Shown here piece by piece: positions 24,951 through 38,364 of a stretch of 64,000 bases of DNA. The notes beneath the pieces were generated by a model that was not told where the DNA came from, made no database searches, and saw only the letters and a program-made list of their open reading frames with translations. Numbering within the stretch: the stretch's first letter is position 1; each line of letters opens with the position of its first letter. This DNA is from Blasia pusilla (taxonomy: Eukaryota), in assembly GCA_050084515.1 (NCBI GenBank), contig CM114271.1:9486001-9550000 (forward strand), in the 5' to 3' direction. The translations under genes and the position numbers were made by a program.

Positions 24951-25110
24951 ATCCCCTATTCAACCAACGCAGGCAAGTAAATGCCTCCCACAAACTCACA
25001 TTTGTAACCGAAGGATTGCCACTTCTGTAATCCATGGGTTGCCAAACCTTGTATTGTGCTCTTCTGCATTACGTAATTCTCCCTCACTTAACAGTTTTTT
25101 TCCTATGTAG

Positions 25111-26148
25111 GGACTGAACATTCATGAAAATGCCCTCTGCCCAAACACAAGTGGAGCTGAGAGTGTCCATTCATCTTGGAGGTCATCAAAAGCTTGCAAA
25201 AAATTTCCCTCGTGGAGGCATGTTAACAAGAAGAGCAAGAGCAATGTTACAATCTGCAACATCTCATATATTTCTCATAAAAGGTATAACCAAGGGAAAA
25301 GCATGCTGATTTATGAACTCTGCGTTAGGACCATAGTGAGATCTGGAGATGAGAAAATGTATGTCAAAGCATTCAATTGATGCGTAGCCGGAGCTCCTTT
25401 GGAGAAAGATGACCACATTGGTGGGGACATTCGTTTCAAGACATCCAATATACATGGTGGTAGAGTAGTTTGAGTGAGACTCTTGGAGACCAGATTAGTA
25501 CCTTGACTTCAGCGAAGTCAATGATCAACATCGAGGAACCAACCCAGTGATTTATCTAGATGATGAAATCATCCCATCCAAGTTTTCAGAAACCCCGGAT
25601 AGCTCCCAAGTTTGAGTTGGCGTGTCCTCTCCAAAATTGGTAAATGACTTATCTCTTAATTCCTTTGTAGCGGGGACTTCCCATAATTCAATCTTGAGGG
25701 CTATTCGAAAATATGGCATTCCTATCATAGAGGTGGATTTCAATCTGAAAAGATGTCATATCTCTTGGAGCAACCCTGGACATGGATCCAATTGTAGAGC
25801 TGGATGTGATGGAATAAGGAGAGCATTCTGCACTTTCCTGAATAAGAATTATACAAGGATAGGCCGACCACTGCCAAGTTTATGGGGGCTAAAAACCTTT
25901 GATCTTTAGACAAGGATATGGGATCAATTGAAGTAATTCTTCTACCCAAATGAATCATGCATGTTCAGAAAGTCATATCTAGTTGTGATTTTAGCTCCAG
26001 GGAATACCCCCATGATTTGTTCCATTGCTACATAAACCAATTGCACTAAGGAGGAAATTGGAAATCTTACAAGTGCACGGTTCAGATTGGTAGATAGAGG
26101 GAGTTCGGAACATATTTGCATTACTGAGACATTCATATTTTGGATCCA
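25111..26148 (+). pseudogene. MULE transposase fragment, copy D (part of exon 2, heavily mutated)
   Basis: Acceptor TATGTAG|GGA followed by GLNIHENALCPNTSGAESVH; colinear with 17708-18760. Confidence 0.8.
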
Positions 26149-26149
26149 A

Positions 26150-28579
26150 TATGTTGTGCGCATACACATCGCTACACAATCCACATCGTTGGTCACATGT
26201 ACACGCCACACAACACCGATCTTCCCAAAACACGGTTTAATCCATCCATAAACGAAACAAACTCATGCATATACATCGAGACCCCAAAACCGCCCCCCTA
26301 GTTGGTAGTTGGGTCCCCCTAACTCTAGATAGCACACACATATGTACCCAACATGATCTACTATCCTATATATATCTAGCACCATCAGTGCCATCATCCC
26401 CCCAACACTGCAACATTGCAACACTACAACTACCCGCCATGTTGATCCCTCCAAAGAGGTCTAACACTCTCGTACACTGCTCCAAATGCTGCCACACAAT
26501 ACGTGTGGTACCCAAAGATATGAAGTCTCTACTCCAACAATACAAATTTCACCTAACTTTTTTTGCTCCAAGACGTACGCACAGCTCCACGTCGGGCTCA
26601 CGAGCTCGTCTACACTCCATGAAACTCAATGCTCGTACCCAACAATGATGACGAAGCTCCTTACCATGGGAAGAGACACCCACCCTAGCATGTCTCTCCA
26701 TGGGACTATCCACGATGGGAATTTCCTCCGCATGTGTGATCCTCTTCCCAAACTCTCTTGATCAGCTAACACCACCTATGAATGCTGCCAACATGGTCAC
26801 AATATCCTCCTGTGGTTGACCAGCACTACCCCCTGCAAATTGCACGGGTAGATGGCTCACTCATCCATCACACCATTGCCACCATGGCCGATAAGAAAGT
26901 ATCTCCTCCCAAAACTCCAAGATAAAACCAAGGAGACACAACTCCATAATCCCTACCAACACATCAAACGACTCTGTCGGTGTTGTAATCGCCCGAGTGC
27001 GCACCATCGCACTGTCCGACTCATGCTATGGCTGAAGTCTAACCGCCCACTTGTGTCAAGTCATTTATTGCATGGGTGATACTCTTCCAAGATAGGTTTG
27101 TATTTGAAAGGGTTTGATACCTGCAATTTGGTAATTTTGAAGATAAATACATGTTTGTATTAAAAATGAGTATAGATGTATTCAAGAATGAAGTCTAAAG
27201 ACTCTTTGAATTCAAGCTTGTATATACAAGGCATTCTTGAATATTATTTTGGTGTAATGGAAGAATAGAGAGTGTTGGAATAGATTATGAAGCTCCTAGG
27301 ATAAGGTAGAGAGGTGGAACATCAAGGACTTGCCTTCGAGGAGTGGGAAATTAGTTAACAAAGTCGGAAGACCAAAAGCAAAGCTCAGAAGAAACAAGGA
27401 AGACCGGTAAAGAACCTGTTAATGAAGTACTTTGTTCTTGAGGGGAGCACCAAGATGAAGCACACTAGTACTTTCCGAAGGAACAAAGAACAAAGCACTT
27501 GGAACAAGAGCGAAGCACTTTGTCAATTAAGGAAGAGGTCCCAACTTCGCAACAAAGAAAAGACTGTCCACGATTTCAAGCGACATACCATTAGAGTAAT
27601 TAGGCCAAGAAGAGGCATGCCTTTTTTGAGCAGATAGGAAGTTAGAACAATAACAACCAGAGGATTCATAGGGATCATAGGAAAAGCCAAGAGAACCGTA
27701 GATTAAAGTAGTTAAAAGATCCCAAGAGGCATCTACTCTAAAGAAACACTCTAGATCTTTATTATTGGCATCGGTTAAGAGACTATTTAAAGATAATCAA
27801 TAGAGTCTTCAATATCATTCTATCGCGATGTCCTTATGATGTAGGAATGATTCGAGCAAAGGAGTAATACCCTCTCGTGCTTGTATACACTTTGAAGGCT
27901 TCTTATTCTTGATGGAATAGTAAAGAATCCATTTCTTCATTATGATGTGCGGCGTGTATGCATGAGTGAGCTTATTGGGTCTGCACAGTGAGGTGTGGAT
28001 TGGGAGAGCAACTTTCACCAACAGAATAATCAAAACTAGGATGTGAGAAATATATTTGATAGAGAGTAGCTTTCCAGGACGGATTGAGTTCCGAAAGTAG
28101 GAGAAGCCATCTCGTTGATGAGATTTCCGTGAGGATCTGCCTGAGCATTCATTCCATTCCACTTGAGAGAAAAGAGGAAGGAAAGCTTGGTACATGTAGG
28201 AAGAAAGATACTATGATAAATGATTGGATTCGACTTGTATACATATCACTACAACTTTCACATGATAAACAACACCTTAAGCTTTCTTTTCAGCTAATCG
28301 TGATCTTCTTGGGGATTGAACTACATAAATCATCATAAAAAGATCAATTCCTATAATTCTTGTACATTACAAAGGAACAAAACTCAATGTCGCCTTTCTG
28401 TAATCCCAACGCCAAACACGTTGCCTTCCCTAACATCAAGGTTTGCGCTCCCAAATGAACTAAGGTGCACTGCGGGTGGTACACCGTACATGTGGGACTA
28501 ACCAAGCAAAACACTCCAACTTGGTTATCCAACAATACCACACCCGATGTGATCATGGCTTGCTGTATCACTAGCCTAG
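26150..28579 (-). mobile_element. Old Gypsy G3, downstream part: protease remnant, C5-methyltransferase motif I remnant and probable 3' end; interrupted by a solo LTR
   Basis: LVHLGAQTLMLGKA (degenerate DSGA protease), ESFDVLVG..FWEE..YRPWWQ, then IVWQHLEQCTRVLDLFGGI. The frame is continuous with 50077 onward across the G1 TSD. Confidence 0.6.
27075..28371 (+). repeat. Solo-like LTR of the G1/G2-related Gypsy family
   Basis: Colinear with the G1 LTR 28580-29863; ends TTGTACATTACA. No TSD found. Confidence 0.75.
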
Positions 28580-29863
28580 TGTGATATCCACAATTTTGAA
28601 CTTTTGAAGAAATATATCTTTTTATTCAACAAAGACTTGTATATACATTATGATTTTGATTATTATATAATATAATGGGGAGGAATGAGTAAGATTAAAG
28701 TGAATCACGAAGCTCCAAGGACAAGGTAGAGAGATAGAAAATCAAGGATTTGCATAAGAGGAGAGGAGACTAAAATAACGAAGTCTCAAGACCCAGCAAG
28801 AAGCTTCGGAACGACAACGAAGCTCAACGAAGCTCTGTCTACGGAGTGCTTCGCTCTATAACAAAGCATAATGAAGCAGGAAGAAGAAGAGAAAGAAGTA
28901 CTTCCCTCTTGTAAAAAGCGCAAAGAATGAAGCACCTAGAACAAGAACAAATAATGGAGCGCTTTGTCTTCAGATCAGGAGAAAGAGCTTTGTCCTCAAG
29001 CGAAGCAAAAGAAGTCTAGACCTAATAGCGAAGCAAAGCTAAGATTGACTGTGATTTCAAGCGACAGATAATTAAAACAGTTAGAATAGGAGGAGACGCA
29101 ACCCTTAATATCAAATTGGTAGTTATGACAATTTTGTTCTGCGGATTCATAGGGATCATAGGAAAAGCAAAGAGCACCACAGATCTAGGTAGTTACAAAT
29201 GTTGAAGAGCCATCAGCTTCATCAAAACCGCTTCGAATCTTTGGATCACTCCTCCTTGAGAGAGTATTTAAGAAGCATAGAAATAACTATGATTATCATT
29301 CTCTTACGATGTCCTCATGTTGTAGGAATGGTCCGAGCAAGGGAGTAGTACCCTCTCGAGCTTGTATACACTTTGAAGCTTTCTCATTCTTGATGGAGTA
29401 GTAAAGCAATCATTCATTCATTCTGATGTGCGATGCTTATGTTTGAGTATTCTTTTTGGGGCTACAGAGTGAAGAGTGAATCATGAGAACCTTTCTCATC
29501 AATGGAATAATCAACATAAAATTGTAGGAAATCTGTTTAACAGAGAGTAGCATGCCGAGACGGATTGAATTCCGAAAGTAGGAGAAGCCAGCTTTCATGT
29601 TGAGGTCTCTGCGAGGTTTCTTGATATCGAGAGGAAATCTACCTGAGCATGTTGTCAACTCCACTAGAGAGAATTGAGAAAAGAAACTTTGGTACTAAGA
29701 AAGATCCAAAGATATTGATAAGACATTGAATATAAATCATACACATTTAAATACAACTATTACAACACAATTGTAATTTCGAACTCTCTTTTCATCAAAC
29801 AATGATCCTCTTGAGGATCGAACTTATTAAACGACTGTAAAATAGAAACTCTTATACATTACA
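28580..29863 (+). repeat. G1 5' LTR
   Basis: TGTGATATCC...CTTATACATTACA; homologous to the G2 LTRs. Confidence 0.85.
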
Positions 29864-29882
29864 TAGAGAACAAGAAACTTTT

Positions 29883-29902
29883 TGGCGCCGCTGCCGGGGA
29901 TC
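29883..29902 (+). promoter_or_regulatory. Primer-binding site, tRNA-Asp type
   Basis: TGGCGCCGCTGCCGGGGATC is one base from the Athila-type PBS TGGCGCCGTTGCCGGGGATC. Confidence 0.8.
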
Positions 29903-30265
29903 ATAAGCTTTGCTGGAGAGGGAGAGAGACACATGGGGAATCCAGGAGCGGGGAAAGAAGCCTCATCTCCTAGAAGACCCAACCAGCTAGTTCTTACTGA
30001 AGACCACTTGCTATCTCTAGCTATCCCCTTGAGACAATGGATGAAAGAAGATAACAATCGGTTTGCTACAATGGTGCTAGAAAAGATAGAAAAATTAATT
30101 AGTATTGTCAAAGAACCAGTCGCCGAACGGTGCTTTGCCCATGAATGTCAATTGTACTCGGTGATGACCCAGTACTTCTGTTTATGGGAGAAAACCTAGC
30201 AGGAAGATTAAGAGCACCTGCACACTCCTGTAGGCGTTAGGAATTAGGAAGATTTAATTTCCCTC

Positions 30266-33200
30266 CATGAACCCCTACCTTGTGGCAATCATGGGTGCGG
30301 AAGTAAGCTCCCGAATCCCAGAAGGGACTCATGGAAGTCTCCCGACCCTCTTCGCGAGATCAGTGAGCTGATCAATGCAATAAGAAACAGGAAGATCACC
30401 CGTCTTGGAGACTGCCGGGGGTGTCTCCCAGTCTTCGTCTTCACACAAAGCCCAAGAGCAAGAAGAGGGACAAAAATACGCTCCCCACCACGTCTCTTGC
30501 CAGTTTGCAGTTGGACGAAGAGTCGACCTAGAACCCCTTTGGGGACTCAGGGGATGAGGAGCCAACCAAATCAACAAGATCGGAACTGCTGCCTCCTCCC
30601 TCCCAAGCATCCAGCCCTCGACCCAGCAGCAGACATTTCCTAATGGCCAACACTAGGAAGATATTGCTAAGATACCCCACGTTTGCAGGGGGACGGCGAG
30701 ATGATGTTGACAACTTTGTGCTTGAATTTACCATGTGGCCAAGGGTAATGGGGAAGGCTCAGAGGGGGATTTGTTGCGAGTCTTTCCTTGCCTGCTTAAG
30801 AAGCGAGCAAGCCAATGGTACGAGGGTCTCGGAGCGGACGTCACGGAAATCTGGAAAAGGGTACTGGAGGCCTTTCTTCATGGGTTCCGGGACCTGGAGT
30901 TCGAGGACAGGCTTCTAACAAAGCTTCGCGACCTGAAACGTAAAAAGGAGGAAACTCTCAGGGAATACACCCAAAGGTTTCGAAGCCTTGTGAGTAAACT
31001 TGAACACACTACTACCTCACAATTGGTAGATTGGTTTGTGTTGAGATTGTACAAAGAAATGGACCGATACTGCCCGCGAGGCCAACGAGATTCCCTGGAA
31101 GCAGTCATAGCCTCCGCAGAGGCGTACGAGGCCTCAGAGAAGTCTTGTAAAACACAAAGATGGCGTCACCAACGACAAGGGTCTTCGCAAACTAGTGCTT
31201 CGTCGGAGGATGAAGCGTCTTCCATAGACACGGAATCCTCTATTGGGGACACTTCGGAGTCCTCGGACTCTGAAAAAGATTTAAAATATAAGCGGAAAAG
31301 AAAAACCACGCGCCATCACGCTCCTAAGCATTGAAGGAAAACCCGACCAACAAGGCACCTTCCCCAACGGTCGGAAAGTCCAGTGAGGGGGACAGCGAGG
31401 AAGGAAGGCAAGTCTGCCATTGAAGAGCTAAGTAAACAAATGGCGGAATTGAAGGTACATCTGGCGGCCCAGAAGGAACTTAGAAGACGACCAGGTCTGA
31501 TGAGGCCCAAACATTTGGTGCAGTACCTGCGGAACCCAAGGGCATACTGCTCAGGAATATCATACTTAGAGAGATTTATGTTGGATCCAGCAAGATCCAA
31601 CTATAGAAGAAGGGTGGTATGAACCCGAACAATGGGAAGGGTGCTATGCAATCCAAGCTATGCCACCACATAATCCCGGACAAAGTTGGATCACCCGATA
31701 TGTGCCTCCATAATACGAGGACCCCTAAGACAGATTATAGGCGCGGTAGCCTTCACGCCACCCATGAAAAGGAATTGTTGTTATATTTGCGGGGCAGTTG
31801 ACCATTGGGCTAATAATTGCCCACATCCAAAGCGGCCAGTAGGACTCAATCCATTGTGCGGAAATTGCAAGAAGGGCGGGCACACTGCAGTGGAATTCTC
31901 GGAGCCCAAGGTCCCGCGGATGTTGGTAAAGTATGTCAACACCCCAGCAGCCCAATCAGAGTCCAAGAATGACGTAAATGTGCAACTCGTCCGAGTGGAA
32001 GAGTTAGGTTCCCCCAGACCAAGGCGAGTCACTATCAGGGAGGAGGACTTAGACAGAACGGCAGCCAAAGAATCATTGGACTGGCCCAAGGAGCTCCAAA
32101 ATACCGTTCTTGCTGTCACCACGAGGTCCAAGAATCAGACCACTCGGACCCCAGGAAAGGTGCTTCGTCTTCACGCGAAGCTAAAGACCCCAAGACGAAA
32201 AGTGTCGATGCCTTCCGCTGCGGGAAGGCCATCCTAAAAGGCGATGTTGACCCGGCCTTCGATCGAAGTCACCCTAAGTACTTCCATTGGGACATTGAGG
32301 ACCAGGTTCGGGCTCAAGTGCGCAAGGACCAAGGGCCAGAAGGGAGGCAGACCACAGAGAAGACGAGAACCGGAACGACTTCGGCAGTGCAAGCCATCGT
32401 GACATCACCTCTGGTCTTAGAAGCCTATGACTTACTCAAGGACTTGGCGTCAACCCCGTCCAATATAACCCTGCTGCAATTATTAATGGATAACCGTGTG
32501 TACGGAAAAATTTTGCGGTAGTGGAAGATAAGCCGCAGAAAACCCAAGAAGTCTGCAAAGAATCTACCAATAGTGGATCTGTTCCGTATCGAAGTGGAAG
32601 ATTTGGGAGCCCCAGAGGTAGAAGTAGAGATTGAGGGACACACCATTAAGAAGGTCCCCATTGACTCAGGAAGTGGAATTAACATTATGACAGAACAGAC
32701 GGCCCGGGCACTAGGATACACGGAGTACGAGCCCACCGACAAGTATCTGCGGTTTGCGGATCAGTCCCGGAAGCAACCCCTTGGACATCTCACTTAGATC
32801 CTGACCATGCTCAGCAAGGTGCTATTTATGTTGGACTACTTAGTATTGCAGCCCCTAACAGCCAGTGGCTATCCTTTGGTTATTGGAAGACCCTGGCTAT
32901 ACGGTGCGAGAGTGACTACGGACTGGAAAAGGAGACGATTCACGTTCCACGCTCCGGACCAGGTCTCAAAATGACTCATCAAGCTGTTGTGGAAATCACG
33001 ACCACCCCAAGGAGAAACGCCACCGACCGATGAAGGCTATACGCCAGATCAAGAGCAAACTACAACTACTGAGTCCTCGTCCAATGTGTATTATTTAGAA
33101 AAGGAAGAGGTCGACATTATTTAAAACATAAGTCGACCTGAGAGGAAGAGGAGCTGGGTTATAGCACATTCTAGTTCACAGAAAGTATGGTTCAAGAAAA

Positions 33201-35012
33201 GGACTACGTACAGGTCTTAATTACAGGTCAGAAGTCTCTACGCCTCTCGGAAGATTTGTCTCCAACCAAACTCATTAAGTATAAAAGGTTATTGATTGAG
33301 TATTTGGATGTGTTTGCATACTCCATGGATGAAATGACAAGGATTCCAGCATGGTATGGTGAACACCGAATTGATCTAAAGGAAGGTGCGGTCCCGGTAC
33401 GGATGAGGAAATATCGCCTCAACCCGAAGTACTCATTGTTAGTCAAGGACGAAATCGACCAGTGTCTCAAGGCGGGAATAATTTATCCTCTGTTCAGTAG
33501 CAAGTGGGTGTTGCCCATTGTGATTGTACCCAAAAAACAAATGGGAAAAATCAGAGTGTGCCAGGATTATCGGAAATTGAATTCGGCCACCTTAAAGGAC
33601 CATCACCCCCTACCTTTCATTGACACTATTTTGGAAAAAGTTGTCGGCCACGAGCGTTATACCTTTTTGGATGGATACTCGAGTTATAACCAGATATCTA
33701 TACGAGAAAAAGATCGGCCCCTCACAACTTTCACCACGGACTGGGGAACTTTCGCGTATCGTGTGATGCCCTTTGGGTTGTGCAATGCGCCAGCTTCCTT
33801 CCAACGGATGATGATCTCCATCTTCCAAGAGTATCTGCAGAAGTTTGTTGAAATTTTCCTGGACAACTTTTGTATCGTCAGTACAGAGGCCGAACACTTG
33901 GAAAAATTAGAATTAACCCTCGCTCGTTGTCGCGAAGTGCATTTGTCCCTCCATCCGGAAAAATCGTATATTGCCATGAAACAAGGGATTTTGTTGGGGC
34001 ACAGAGTGTCGGTTCAAGGAATTAAAGTCAACAAGGCCAAAGTGGATATTATCGTCGCATTAGAACCACCCACCAATCTCCGAGAATTGAGAGGATTCTT
34101 GGGACACGTGAGATATTATCGACGGTTTATTAGGGATTATGCAGTGAAAGTAGGAGCTCTTACCGCATTACTTAAAAAAGCTACCGAATGGGAGTGGACC
34201 CCATCTTGCCAAGCGCATTTGAGGCCTTAAAGGGAGCATTGCAAAAGGCTCCTGTACTTCGGTCCCCCGATTGGACCAAACCCTTCCACGTATATGTGGA
34301 CACATCCTTGTTTGCCATTGGAGTGGTGCTCAACCAACTAGATGAGAAAAAACATGATTTCCCGGTTTACTATGCAGGCCGGCAACTATCTTCAACGAGC
34401 ATAAATATACAACTACCGAATGAGAGGCGTTAGGCATGGTCTTCTTGTGCAAAAAGTTCCGACATTATTTATTAGGGTACGAGTTTGTCTTCCATGTAGA
34501 TCATTTCGCGCTCCGACCATTAATGGTTAATTCCTGTTGCTCCAAGAATTCACATTCGATGTCATTATCCATCCCGGCAAGGTTCATACCAATGCGGATT
34601 TTCTTTCCTGGTTGAGGATGACGAACGCGGACCTCACAAAATCCGTGGATGACACCTTTCCCGATGAAGACCTGTTCCAGATCACGGAGGACCGGTTGTG
34701 CCAATCCTTTTATGAAGATATTTTGCGTTTTTTAATTATTCTGCGACTTCCCGTCCCTATGACACCGGAGGTACGAGCAGTCTTTTTGCATAAGATAGGA
34801 CCATATGAGATATGTCAGGGGATACTATTCAAATGAGGTGCGGATGAAGATTATCGGAGATGCTTGGAAGCAAAAGAAATCCCCCATGTCATCAGAGCCA
34901 TGCATGCGGCTGATTCTAGTGGACACTATGCTGTAAAAAATACCGTTAAGAAAATCTTGGCCGCACGTTATTGGTGGCCAACTATGTACAAAGATGTAGG
35001 TAACTTTATAGG
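30266..35012 (+). pseudogene. G1 gag-pol (gag, CCHC knuckles, protease, RT, RNase H, start of integrase)
   Basis: CYICGAVDHWANNC; PIDSGSGINIM; RVCQDYRKLN, VMPFGLCNAP and FLDNF (RT); VYVDTS (RNase H); GHYAVK..YWWP (integrase zinc finger). Many stops and frameshifts. Confidence 0.9.
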
Positions 35013-35053
35013 CAGAAACTCTTATTTATTACACCTAGATATAAATAGAAACT

Positions 35054-36221
35054 TGTAATGTACAAGTGTTTCTAGTTTACAGTCGTTTAAGTGAGTTCGA
35101 TCCCCAAGAGGATCATTGTTGGATGAAAAGAGAGGGTAAAGTAATTATTATGTTGTAAAAGTAGTGTGGTTGATTATGTAATTCAAATGCAGTATTCAAG
35201 CAACATCTTCCGATCCTTCTCAGTACCAATGTTTTCTTCTTCAATTCTCTCTAGTGGAATTTAAATCACGCTCAGGCAAATTGTTCTCTCGACATCTAGG
35301 AACCTCACAGAGATCTCAACAAGAAGGTTGGCTTCTCCTACTTTCGGAACTCAATCCGTCTTGGCAAGCTACTCTCTGTCAAACAGATTTTATACAACTC
35401 CATGTTGATTATTCCATTGATGAGAAAGGTTTGTCTGATTTCACTCTTCACGCTGCAGACCCAAAAAGACTATCCAAACGTAAGCATCGCACATCATAAT
35501 GAATGAATGAGTGGTTTATTATTCCATCAAGAATGGGAAGACTTCAAAGTGTATATAAGCTCGAGAGGGTACTACTCTCTTGCTCGGACCATTCCTACAG
35601 CATAAGGACTTCATGAGCGAATGATGATTGTAGCTTCTGTCATACTTCTTAAATATTCTCTGAAGTAGGAGCGTTTCTAAGATCCGAAGCGTTCTTGATG
35701 AAGTTGATGTCTCTTCAATATTTGTAACTACCTAGATCTATGGTGTGCTTTCCTTTTCCTATGATCCCTATGAGTCCGCGGTACAAAACTGTTCTAACTA
35801 CCAATTTGATACAAAGGGTCGCGCCCTTTCCTAGTCTAATTGTTTTAACTATGTGCCGGTTCGAATCACAATCATACTGAGCTTCGTTGCGCTGGATTTC
35901 TTGAGGACGAAGCTCTTCATTCTTCGTTTTCTTTTCAGATGCTTCGTACTTCGTGCTTTATTATAGAGCGAAGTACTTCGTGTACAGAGCTTCGTTAAGC
36001 TTCGCGTTGGTCCTTTAGACTTCGTTACTGCATTTGCTTCTCCTCTAAGGCAAATCCTTGATCTTCCATCTCTCTGCCTTGTCCTAGGAGCTTTGTGATT
36101 CACTTCAATCTTACTCTTTCTTCTCCATAATAGTATATAATAATCAAAACCATAATGTACAAGAGTCTTTGTAAAATAAAAAGATAAATTTCTTCCGAAG
36201 TACAAAATTGTGGGTATCACA
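35054..36221 (-). repeat. G2 3' LTR
   Basis: TGTGATACCC...TACATTACA on the minus strand; matches 49224-50053. Confidence 0.9.
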
Positions 36222-36238
36222 TACTCCCTCCCTCAGAT
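36222..36238 (-). promoter_or_regulatory. G2 polypurine tract
   Basis: ATCTGAGGGAGGGAGTA immediately before the 3' LTR. Confidence 0.85.
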
Positions 36239-36260
36239 GTGAGCCGCCCCGGCGAACACT

Positions 36261-38364
36261 TCATGATGTTTCTCCTAACTCCATAAAAGTATCCTCTAAG
36301 CTATCAAACTCTGGTGTATGTGCAAAACGACCGTGAATAGTAGAAGGTTTGTTGATAATGTTGGGGGTATGGTTGTGCATTCTCTCTCGCGATTTGTTAA
36401 CAACTAATTTACTGCCTAGTACTTCGTTCTGAACTAATACATCAGATGGAGTAAATGATGGTAACTCTTCACAAGTAATGGAAAGGGTGGGCAACACTTC
36501 TGGAATAGGTTTCATATGATTGTCGAATTGACGCTTCCAATGTTTGTTGATATAGTCGATTTCTTCGTTCATCTGTTGTTCGAAATTCTTGCTTGCTTCG
36601 TCGACTAGCTCCTTGACATCTTGCGGGTCCATCTCGGTTTCATTGAGTATCTTCTCCTCTGCTTCCAATATTGCGATCCTACCTGTAGCCTCCGACCACT
36701 TCGCCAGTAAGTCTTTGTTCGTTTCTTGATTTTCTTGAAGCAACTTCGAAGATTCAGCATGTTGGATGGCCAACTTCTTGAATTCGGTGTGAACACGCCG
36801 TATTTGATGCCGATACTGTTGAATTAGATGCGACGCTTTGTTTATCTGCGAAGCTAACTGATCCGCTCCACATTCGAGGTTAATCGCCAAACTCTCCCTT
36901 TGACGTGCGTTTTGAGCTTCGTACTGACACTGGACCAAGTCGCTTTGAGCTTTGCGAAGCGTGGTCTTCGTGTCTTCGAGTTCCTGATCCCGTAAGTGAA
37001 GATTTGTTTCTGCTACTCGATGCTGTGCTTTGTTTTCTGACAAAGCTTGTGCCCTACAGTTGAGGTCATCTAGGGCTTGTAAATAATTATCCACCGACGT
37101 TGTATCCTCTAGGTGAAGAACATGTTGGAGTTGATTCATGACTGGAACCGCTAGTTGCAAGAACCACATCATATCGTTTTCCGTCTGGGACATAAGACGA
37201 AGTGCAGGTTGGTGATCACTTGCCCGCGGTGTCTCGTCGGAGTCCTCCTGATTGACGGGTTCTGGGGCCGAGGGTGTTTCAAAATTGACTCGGCCACGCT
37301 TTGGCCGTGGCATTTCGGTGGTGTCTTCATCCTTCTTTAAAGCCGAAGTATGAAGATGTTGCTTGGGTGCTTCAGAGGGCGGTGTGACTTTGCGGCTACC
37401 CATGGTACCAGTTCCTCCTTTTCGTGGTAGTTGGACGGGGGTAACTTGCGACCAATCTAGCGCCTCATCTGCTGTAAATTCCTGCTTATGAATATAAAGA
37501 TGGATCAAGAAAGGAGATAGGAAGGACTTCATGCTTGGATGAAGCGCTTCCACCATTGCTTGTACGTGCCTGTCCACAAAAGAAGCGAAGTCGACTCCTG
37601 GGGCTTCGGGTTCCAGGTGCTGATTCCAGATGATGTAGCACATCTTCACGAGCTTATTTGTCAGATAGTAAGAACGAGCGGGATAAAACAGAGTCATCAA
37701 ATGTTTTCAAAACTGACCAAAGACTGGCGGTGAGAGTGAAGTAGCCTTGTAGCCATTCCTGCCCAGGCGATCCGACGTGACACAGCCGAGTGCTAAGAGA
37801 TCTTCATGCTTGACTAGCAACTCCGTGTCATACTCGTACTCTAGAGCAGCCGGGAGCAGATAAGTTGCTCTCCAGTCATCCGCCGTCCATTGTTGTGGCT
37901 GAGCTCGATTGCGAAGGACCCTTCCTTCGAAACTTGGCTGCGAGAGTTGAAGAGCGAAGCTTGCCGAGGAGTTCTCCAGATATCAAGGTCCAGTTGGCTT
38001 GAGAGAAAGTTGCCAACGATTGCTCCTCCAGTGCTTCGACCAGCTCCGGTGACAGCTTTACCATTGGCATTGCCGCGCTTTGCAGAATGGGCGTGGAGTC
38101 TTCGCGAGGCATGCTGCTAGGTAGATCTCGATGGACACCCCGCTTTGGTCTGCTAGGCAACTTTGTGGTGATCCTGTCCATGACAATACCCATTTGGTTA
38201 CGAAGGGACACTTTTATAGTGTGCCGTCCCTGTTAGTTCTTGGCCATGGCGCCGGGGCTGTAACAAGAAGGTTGGCGCTTTGCGTTTTTGCCACGCTCCA
38301 ACAACTTCTTGCGCTTTGCTACTTTGCGAAGCTCCAGGACTTCTTGAACTTCGCTGCTTCATGA
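36261..38364 (-). pseudogene. G2 extra 3' ORF of unknown function with a long coiled-coil-like C-terminal half
   Basis: 479-aa open stretch 36261-37700 plus upstream fragment 37876-38211; homologue in G0 at 21748-22853. Confidence 0.7.

Noticed and set aside
28372-28400. Degenerate PBS after the 27075-28371 LTR
   Set aside because: Better explained as the minus-strand protease coding sequence of G3 (..GLQKGDIEFCSF).
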